Source: a candidate division TA06 bacterium B3_TA06 (lineage in GTDB: Bacteria; Hydrothermota; Tepidihabitantia; B3-TA06). From it: a stretch of DNA of 64,000 nt. The DNA lies in contig NJBO01000002.1 in NCBI GenBank assembly GCA_005223075.1, forward strand, positions 113,221-177,220, written 5' to 3'. The notes under the pieces are model-generated. The model was given only the letters and a program-made list of their open reading frames with translations. It ran no database searches and was not told the DNA's origin. How positions within the stretch are numbered: the stretch's first letter is position 1; every line of letters starts with the position of its first letter. The translations under genes and the position numbers were made by a program. Of this stretch, positions 57,910 through 64,000 are shown piece by piece.

Positions 57910-59871
57910 ATGAGACCGAGTCAGTTGCATAGTAGAGGTAAAGGATTCCTAGGGGGCATAATCCTTCTCTTGTTGACTGTGCCCATCGCGATAGCTGGAG
58001 AAACTTCATCCTCTTACCCTGAGAAGAAAACGATTCCTGTTAAAGGAATTCTTAACTTCATCTCGCAGTATTGCACGAGTGCCGATAGTCTCCCGATCCT
58101 CGTTCAATTCTACGATAGCCTTAACCGGCCAGAGCCAGGAGTGTTATGCACCCTCACCATCGGATCGGAAAAGCTTGCGCGCACCTCCGACGACAACGGC
58201 GAGGTGCTTTTTTGGGTGCCCTCAGCGGAGATTTCCTCGGAGATTGAATGTGTGGCATATTCACGTCGCCCCATCGAACACAGTTATGAAGTAGAGGTTA
58301 GCCCTTTAGTAGATTGGTTGATATCGCAAGGTAAAGAAGTAGGCTTTGAAACCGGTGTAGGCCTCCCTGAATTAGCAGACGATGGGATCAGGGTGCTTTA
58401 CCCGGAAGGACGCGAGGAAGAAGCTCACAAGATGATGGCTACTCTGAAGGAAGAAAAGAAGATCATCCAGAGTATCACCAAGATGAGACTAATGCCCCGG
58501 AAGATTATACTGACCGACAAACCTGAGATTGCAGTTTTTGTGGGAGGGGGTGGTTTGCCTTTAGCGTCCGGTTCTTTTATGAATATCTTAATCTATGAAG
58601 CTCTACCTCACGAGTGGGTGGAGGGTTCTCTCTCCAAGAACTATCAAATCTACGAGGACTCAACAAATCGCTGGATTGGTGACGGGTTGGCCAATTATAT
58701 CGCTTTTGAGATTTGCAAACGATTCTACCTGCCCGCATTGCGTGACCTATACCGTCTTTCTCATGAGGATTCGGGCAAGGTTTACGATCTTCGAAGTTGG
58801 CTTAGAGCGGGTGTCGAAAAGCGAGCGTCTAAAGAAGGCCGGGAGCTACCCAAAGGTACAGGAACAACCTATGTGGGTTGGAAAGGCTATGCACTTGCCC
58901 CTTACTTCTGGGCAAAGGTGATTGATAAATCCGGGGATTCCTTGATCATAGCTAAGTTCCTTGAGGAGTTCCGGAAGGCCGAGGATAAAAGATCTCAAAA
59001 CGCCATCGCAATCCTCGAACGCCTCAGTGGACTGGATATAAATAAGGAACTGGTTATTACAGGCAAGGAGTATATCGAGAACGTCAATCGCTACTGGCCG
59101 GTTGCTATCCCTCTGCCCGGAATGGTTATGATTGGGCTTATTGGGATTAATAACCGCTTTTCAATGGGCGACAGTACCGATAGAAACACTTCACCTGTCC
59201 GGAATGTTCACCTTAATAGCTTTTTTCTCGACAGCTATGAGGTAACCAACGAACAATTCTGTAAATTTTTAAACGCTATGGGCAACCAGAAAGAAGGCGG
59301 TGTGTACTGGTTTGATGAGTGGTTCTACTCCGATATTATACACGAAGGAGATTCGTTTAGAGTCAAAGCCGGTCGTGAGAGTTATCCTGTAAGCCAGGTG
59401 AGCTGGTACGGAGCGGCAGCTTACGCAGAATGGGCAGGTAAGCGTCTTCCAACCGAGGCAGAATGGGAATTCGCTGCAAGCAACAACGGGACTACCCTCT
59501 ATCCCTGGGACGGCGGGTGGCACGACGATTACTGCAACTGGGGCGAGGAGGGCAAGCTCGACGGCTATGAGTTTACCGCCCCCGTAGACTCATTCGCAAA
59601 AGGTAAGAATCATTACGACTGCTATAACATGGTGGGCAACGTTTTTGAATGGGTATCAGACTGGTATGCGCCTTACAGCCCGGCGGATACCATAAATCCA
59701 AAAGGTCCCCAGACCGGAACTCAGAAGGCCTATCGCGGCGGTAGTTTCGCAGAGGGAAAGGAATGGATGACTACACGCGCCCGACAGGGAGCCGATCCAG
59801 CCGAAGCCTCACCCTGTATCGGTTTCCGCTGCGCTGCGGATATAGAAAAGCCTGAACTTGAAGGGAACTGA
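57910..59871 (+). CDS. Secreted protein with C-terminal formylglycine-generating-enzyme (SUMF1/FGE) family domain
   Basis: FFLDSYEVTNEQF...PVSQVSWYGAAAYAEWAGKRLPTEAEWEFAA...NVFEWVSDWY...YRGGSF. The N-terminal ~400 aa is unassigned. TTGACA-17-TATAGT and AAGGAG are upstream. Confidence 0.8.
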   Translation: MRPSQLHSRGKGFLGGIILLLLTVPIAIAGETSSSYPEKKTIPVKGILNFISQYCTSADSLPILVQFYDSLNRPEPGVLCTLTIGSEKLARTSDDNGEVLFWVPSAEISSEIECVAYSRRPIEHSYEVEVSPLVDWLISQGKEVGFETGVGLPELADDGIRVLYPEGREEEAHKMMATLKEEKKIIQSITKMRLMPRKIILTDKPEIAVFVGGGGLPLASGSFMNILIYEALPHEWVEGSLSKNYQIYEDSTNRWIGDGLANYIAFEICKRFYLPALRDLYRLSHEDSGKVYDLRSWLRAGVEKRASKEGRELPKGTGTTYVGWKGYALAPYFWAKVIDKSGDSLIIAKFLEEFRKAEDKRSQNAIAILERLSGLDINKELVITGKEYIENVNRYWPVAIPLPGMVMIGLIGINNRFSMGDSTDRNTSPVRNVHLNSFFLDSYEVTNEQFCKFLNAMGNQKEGGVYWFDEWFYSDIIHEGDSFRVKAGRESYPVSQVSWYGAAAYAEWAGKRLPTEAEWEFAASNNGTTLYPWDGGWHDDYCNWGEEGKLDGYEFTAPVDSFAKGKNHYDCYNMVGNVFEWVSDWYAPYSPADTINPKGPQTGTQKAYRGGSFAEGKEWMTTRARQGADPAEASPCIGFRCAADIEKPELEGN

Positions 59872-59907
59872 ATCTGTAGTGGCGAGGCATGCCTCGCCAC
59901 TACAAGG

Positions 59908-59943
59908 CTGCGATCTTTTATCCCGAAGGGATAAAAGGAGCAT
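59908..59943. repeat. Palindromic module X (inverted)
   Basis: CTGCGATCTTTTATCCCGAAGGGATAAAAGGAGCAT. Confidence 0.8.
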
Positions 59944-59944
59944 T

Positions 59945-60304
59945 CTATTTCGTTATAGCCTCGTAGACCTCCGAAGGGTCAACCAGCGTGACCCCTTCAG
60001 CCATCTGCTTGAGGTAGGCTCTGGCCGACTCGTGTTTGGCTTTGGGAACGATCAGATAAACCGGGATCTTGTGGGTCCTGCAGGAAAACAGCACGTCCCT
60101 GGGACCTTCTGCTGTTCCTTCAGGCGGGAAAATCTTGTGCAGATAGCCCACAACCGCGGATACGTTGTCCTCCTTGGTAAGGTGGTTGATGTATTTGCCG
60201 TGACCGTCCCACCCGTTGCCCAACGGAAGGGTTCCCATTCCATCCAAAACCAACTTGGAGAGAAGTTCGGGATCCGTACCTTCTAGATAGCCTATTCTTT
60301 TCAT
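59945..60304 (-). CDS. Hypothetical 119-aa protein
   Basis: Clean ORF with GAGGAGG 5 nt before the ATG. No motif I can assign. Confidence 0.5.
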   Translation of the reverse strand: MKRIGYLEGTDPELLSKLVLDGMGTLPLGNGWDGHGKYINHLTKEDNVSAVVGYLHKIFPPEGTAEGPRDVLFSCRTHKIPVYLIVPKAKHESARAYLKQMAEGVTLVDPSEVYEAITK

Positions 60305-60438
60305 GTCCTCCTCCTTGTGTTGAAGGGTTTGGCTCTTTTGGCTTACTTAAATAACTATAGGAATGGAACGATACCCTGTCAAGGTGTGTGTGGATTTTCG
60401 TTTCTTGACAACCGGCGCTCTTTTCCGTAAGCTTCGCA

Positions 60439-60582
60439 ATGCGACAACTACTGCGTTGGCTATGGATACCGATTCTGGCTCTAATGATAGCGGTGTGTGT
60501 ATTCGGCATAAGGTTGGGGGATCTGCCGGAGATTCTGCGTAACGCAGTTATATTGTGTTTGTCCTGTATAGGGATCGGGTAA
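60439..60582 (+). CDS. 47-aa membrane peptide with C-terminal CLSC motif, leaderless, coupled to the polyferredoxin gene
   Basis: TTGACA-17-TAAGCT-5-ATG, then MRQLLRWLWIPILALMIAVCVFGIRLGDLPEILRNAVILCLSCIGIG*. The stop overlaps the next start (TAATG). Below the ORF-track cut-off. Confidence 0.45.
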   Translation: MRQLLRWLWIPILALMIAVCVFGIRLGDLPEILRNAVILCLSCIGIG

Positions 60583-61472
60583 TGAGGCGTCTCCTAGTTC
60601 AGGTATTCTCGGCGCTCGCCATGAACTTCAACGTGGCAGGCCTCATAGGACGTATCTTTGAAAGAATCGGTAAGACGCCAACTGCCGGTCTGGCCAAAGT
60701 GATCGCCGCAAGTAACAACATTGTAGAAACGACCACCAAAAGTATATGTGTACCTGGACTTAACTGTTACTCCTGCCCTGCCGCAGGTGGTGCGTGTCCC
60801 CTGGGTTCAATCCAGCACTCCATAGCCATAAGGCAGATTCCCTGGTTTGCCGCCGGCTCCATGCTTGCCATCTCCGCCGTGGTTGGTCGCATGCCATGCG
60901 GATTCCTCTGTCCATTCGGGTTCCTGCAGGATCTTCTCTATAAGATCCGTACCGCCAAAATAAAGCTACCCTACTGGACTCACTATCTCAAGTTCGCTTC
61001 CTTAGTGATCATAGCCGGGCTGGTGGTATTCCTGACCGGTGAGACTTGGTTCTGCAAGCTGTGCCCTTCAGGGATATTGGGAGCAGGAATCCCCCAGGTA
61101 CTATTGGATCCACAGCTGCCTCGACTTTTGGGATGGCTATTTACCACCAAACTTGCCATCCTGGCCGTAACCCTTACGCTCTCGGTTTTCGCCAAGAGGC
61201 CGTTCTGCAGGGTCTGTGCACTGGGGGCAATCTTTTCTCTGGGAAACCCTGTAAGCTTGATGAGGCTTCGTGTTGATAAAGCCAACTGCAACCAATGCGA
61301 TATGTGTTACCGCGTTTGTCCGATGGAGATCAAGCCCTATGAGAATCCCCAGAGCACCGCCTGCATAAGATGCCTTGAGTGCACCCGGTGTGAGCTTATA
61401 GACTTCGTATCCGTGTTCAAGATGCGGGATTCCAGAAAGAACGTCTTAGACCGCCTTCCAACAAGGACGTAA
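60582..61472 (+). CDS. Membrane-bound polyferredoxin, NapH/MauN/NosR-like 4Fe-4S binding protein
   Basis: CxxCP-type motifs CYSCPAAGGACP, CGFLCPFG and CKLCPSG. Two ferredoxin clusters CNQCDMCYRVCP and CIRCLECTRC. Four TM segments. ATG 60582 preferred over track GTG 60555. Confidence 0.8.
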   Translation: MRRLLVQVFSALAMNFNVAGLIGRIFERIGKTPTAGLAKVIAASNNIVETTTKSICVPGLNCYSCPAAGGACPLGSIQHSIAIRQIPWFAAGSMLAISAVVGRMPCGFLCPFGFLQDLLYKIRTAKIKLPYWTHYLKFASLVIIAGLVVFLTGETWFCKLCPSGILGAGIPQVLLDPQLPRLLGWLFTTKLAILAVTLTLSVFAKRPFCRVCALGAIFSLGNPVSLMRLRVDKANCNQCDMCYRVCPMEIKPYENPQSTACIRCLECTRCELIDFVSVFKMRDSRKNVLDRLPTRT

Positions 61473-61579
61473 AGTATGCCGAACGGATTTAAAAGATCTT
61501 GTCGATGTCTCAAACGAGGTATGTTGTGCGAGACTCTAATCTCATCGGCACCTCCTTTTACGTTCAGAACCTCTTTCCT

Positions 61580-61614
61580 TTGCGATCTTTTGCCCCGCAG
61601 GGCAAAAGGAGCAT
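61580..61614. repeat. Palindromic module X (inverted)
   Basis: TTGCGATCTTTTGCCCCGCAGGGCAAAAGGAGCAT. Confidence 0.8.
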
Positions 61615-61632
61615 TAAAAAAAGGAGCATAAA

Positions 61633-62310
61633 ATGAGGTTCGGTCTCATACTGGCCGCAGGACGCGGCGGGCGATTCGGTTCCCCAAAGCAAAGGATGAT
61701 GCTTAGCGGGCATCCACTGGCTCTGTGGAGCATCCTTGCATTTGAACAATGCAGTGAAGTTGATCTGATCGTTATGGTCACAGACGAGGGGAATGTAGAG
61801 TTCTTCGAACATGAGATCAAACAGAGGGGGATAGAGAAGGTGGAGGCGGTTATCCCGGGTGGAGCTAAAAGACTGGATTCTCTGAAGGCCGGTCTAAAGG
61901 TACTACCCCCGCAGGGATTTGTGGCCGTGCATGACGGGGCAAGGCCTTTCGTTCGTGCCGAAGAGATAGCCAAGGGATTCCACGTGGTTCAGTCAAAAGG
62001 CCCGGCCATCTACGCTATCCCAGCGACCGATACCCTGAAGCAGGTAAAGGACAACCTGGTAGTAGAAACCATACCCAGAGAATGCGTCTACCAGGCGCAG
62101 ACCCCACAGTTCTTCGGCTTACCGATTTTGAGAGAAGCCTTGGCAAAAGCTGAGGCCGAAGGGTTTATAGGAACCGACGAGGCAAGCTACGTGGAACGGC
62201 TTGGAGAAAGAATCCACATCATCCCAGGCAGAGCCGAAAACCTAAAAGTAACCTTCCGCCGCGATCTGGAGCTTGCCGAAGAGCTTCTTGCAGCGGGAAC
62301 ATGCCCCTGA
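61633..62310 (+). CDS. ispD: 2-C-methyl-D-erythritol 4-phosphate cytidylyltransferase
   Basis: ILAAGRGGRFGSPKQ, VHDGARPF and TPQFF motifs. Confidence 0.9.
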   Translation: MRFGLILAAGRGGRFGSPKQRMMLSGHPLALWSILAFEQCSEVDLIVMVTDEGNVEFFEHEIKQRGIEKVEAVIPGGAKRLDSLKAGLKVLPPQGFVAVHDGARPFVRAEEIAKGFHVVQSKGPAIYAIPATDTLKQVKDNLVVETIPRECVYQAQTPQFFGLPILREALAKAEAEGFIGTDEASYVERLGERIHIIPGRAENLKVTFRRDLELAEELLAAGTCP

Positions 62311-62320
62311 CGCGAAAGCG

Positions 62321-63448
62321 GTGAAAAACGTAGCCATACTGGGATCAACAGGAACCATCGGACGCCTTAGCGTTGAGGTAATCAAGGAGCTAAGCTCAAG
62401 GCTGCGGGTATTCGGTCTGGCGGCAAACCGAAATATCCAGCTCCTGGCCTCCCAGATAGCCGAGTTTACACCCCAACAAGCGGTCGTTTTGGATGAAGAA
62501 CAATGTGCGTTGCTTTCCTCTTCAAGGATACCCGTATCCTGCGGCTCTGCCGCGCTCCTGAATCTGGCACGGCATCCAGACCTCGACATCCTTGTAGTCG
62601 CGATGACAGGCACTGCGGCCGTAGATGCGGTGCTTGCTGCATTGAGAGCAGGTAAGAGGGTAGCGCTGGCCACAAAGGAGATACTTGTAAGCTTCGGTAG
62701 ATTCGTAAACCAGGCTTTAGATGAAGGCAAGGGGGAGCTTTTGCCCGTAGACTCCGAACACAACGCCATCCACCAGTGTTTAGAGGGAAGGGACCCCTCG
62801 ACGGTCAAACGATTGATACTTACCGCCTCTGGTGGTCCGTTCAGAAACAGAAGCTACGAAGGGGCCAAACCTGAGGATGTTCTCGCTCACCCTACATGGA
62901 ACATGGGGGAGCGGATAACGGTCGATTCTGCTATGCTAATGAACAAGGGCTTTGAAGTCATCGAAGCCCATTTCCTGTTCAAGATTGAGCCTCGAAGGAT
63001 CAAGGTTCTAGTGCACCCTCAGTCGATCGTCCACTCATTAGTTGAGTTCATGGACGGCTCGGTGCTTGCTCAACTCTCCTTGCCCGATATGCGTTTGCCT
63101 ATCGAATACGCCCTTCTTTACCCTGAACGTGGCCCGCAGATTGTATCCCAGCTTGATCTGGCAAAGGTCGGGTCGCTTGAGTTCGAGAGAGCGGACCTCA
63201 AGCGCTTTCCATGCTTGGCTCTTGCGTATGAGGCCCTCAAGCGAGGAGGCACCGCTCCTGCGGTGCTGCAGGCAGCCGATGAGGAGGCGGTCAATCAGTT
63301 TCTTGCCGGACGCTTGCAGTTCGAACGTATCCCTGAGTTGATAAAAGGCGCACTTGAGGTGCACAGATATATCCGGACGCCTTCGATCGAAGAGACGAGA
63401 CAGGCGGAGCGTCTGGCTAAAGAGTTTGTTAAACAAGTGGTCCAGTGA
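62321..63448 (+). CDS. dxr: 1-deoxy-D-xylulose-5-phosphate reductoisomerase
   Basis: VAILGSTGTIG, DSEHNAI, LTASGGPF and NKGFEVIEA motifs. Start set to GTG 62321 just after the ispD stop. The track ORF begins at 62273 inside ispD, so the start is uncertain. Confidence 0.9.
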   Translation: MKNVAILGSTGTIGRLSVEVIKELSSRLRVFGLAANRNIQLLASQIAEFTPQQAVVLDEEQCALLSSSRIPVSCGSAALLNLARHPDLDILVVAMTGTAAVDAVLAALRAGKRVALATKEILVSFGRFVNQALDEGKGELLPVDSEHNAIHQCLEGRDPSTVKRLILTASGGPFRNRSYEGAKPEDVLAHPTWNMGERITVDSAMLMNKGFEVIEAHFLFKIEPRRIKVLVHPQSIVHSLVEFMDGSVLAQLSLPDMRLPIEYALLYPERGPQIVSQLDLAKVGSLEFERADLKRFPCLALAYEALKRGGTAPAVLQAADEEAVNQFLAGRLQFERIPELIKGALEVHRYIRTPSIEETRQAERLAKEFVKQVVQ

Positions 63449-64000
63449 ATACCATCCTTAACATCTTGACCTTCATAGCCTTACTCCTGATACTAATAGG
63501 TTTCCACGAGTTCGCCCATCTTATTGTAGGCAAGCTCTCAAAGATCCCTGTAGAGCGCTTCTCTATAGGCTTTGGGCCGGCGATTGTTAAATGGAAGATA
63601 GGCGAAACCACCTACCAGCTCTCGGTATTGCCTCTGGGGGGTTATGTCAAGTTTAAAGGGGAGGATTTCGATGACCCGGAAGGGTTCTTTTCCTTTCCAT
63701 TCGGCCGCAAGACCGCAACAACCGCCGCAGGGATAGTGGCCAACTTACTGCTTGCCGTGATTGTCTACTTCTTCATCGGAATAGTCTATGGGATCGAGAC
63801 ACCACCTGCTGTTCTTGAATTACCAGAAGGCTCCTCCTTGACGCAGGCCGGATTTCAGGCAGGAGACAGGGTTGTGACTGTGGACGGTAAAAAGGTGAGG
63901 GATTTCTACGGTTTCATAGATTTCATTCCCAACCCCGATACCTTAAAGGTGACCGTTGTTCGTTCGGACGGCCGGCACAACCTTTTGCTTGCGCCATCCG
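63445..64000 (+). CDS. rseP: RIP site-2 metalloprotease RseP (M50), N-terminal part; runs off window
   Basis: Not in the track. GTG 63445 overlaps the dxr stop. VNTILNILTFIALLLILIGFHEFAHLIVGKL...LPLGGYVKF carries the HExxH motif. PDZ-like GFQAGDRVVTVDGKKV. Confidence 0.85.
   Translation, partial: MNTILNILTFIALLLILIGFHEFAHLIVGKLSKIPVERFSIGFGPAIVKWKIGETTYQLSVLPLGGYVKFKGEDFDDPEGFFSFPFGRKTATTAAGIVANLLLAVIVYFFIGIVYGIETPPAVLELPEGSSLTQAGFQAGDRVVTVDGKKVRDFYGFIDFIPNPDTLKVTVVRSDGRHNLLLAPS

Overview
64-kb chromosomal window, G+C in the mid-50s % by eye (not computed). Several ORFs end in the canonical T9SS C-terminal sorting domain (...GVYF..L......K.VL..), so the host probably uses type IX secretion and belongs to an FCB-superphylum or candidate-phylum lineage (inference).

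Backbone genes:
- a giant multi-PAS/GAF histidine kinase with a NarL-type response regulator
- pyrR-pyrB-pyrC
- fmt and yajC
- tRNA-Ala(UGC)
- a DtxR-family regulator with feoA-feoB
- a glcD-like FAD oxidase, dapF and a nucleotide-sugar dehydrogenase
- an Slt70-like transglycosylase
- two ECF sigma/anti-sigma modules
- T9SS cargo proteins and two OmpA-family paralogues
- gdhA, an FGE-family protein and a NapH-like polyferredoxin
- ispD-dxr-rseP

Most interesting features:
1. A 2.7-kb AT-rich insertion at the 3' end of feoB. It is bracketed by diverged direct copies of the feoB C-terminal coding sequence. It carries a 462-aa protein with a C-terminal RNxxxH (HEPN, ApeA-like) motif, a small membrane ORF and an M23 peptidase.
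2. A second AT-rich two-gene cassette at 44.7-45.9 kb. It encodes a wHTH + TIGR02391/Ymh-like HEPN protein, translationally coupled to a membrane-anchored protein. It sits next to a decapitated T9SS-CTD remnant.
3. Dense families of modular intergenic palindromes whose stems vary in a compensatory way.
4. Two copies of an element made of phased A-tracts followed by an 11-bp iteron array.
5. A recurrent TTGACA-N16/17-(-10)-N5-ATG layout that implies leaderless mRNAs for many genes.
6. Several decayed or odd genes: an orphan frameshifted T9SS CTD, an in-frame TAG in a YpeA-like GNAT, and an SDR that lacks its catalytic Tyr and Lys.

No CRISPR array, rRNA, integrase or transposase was seen.
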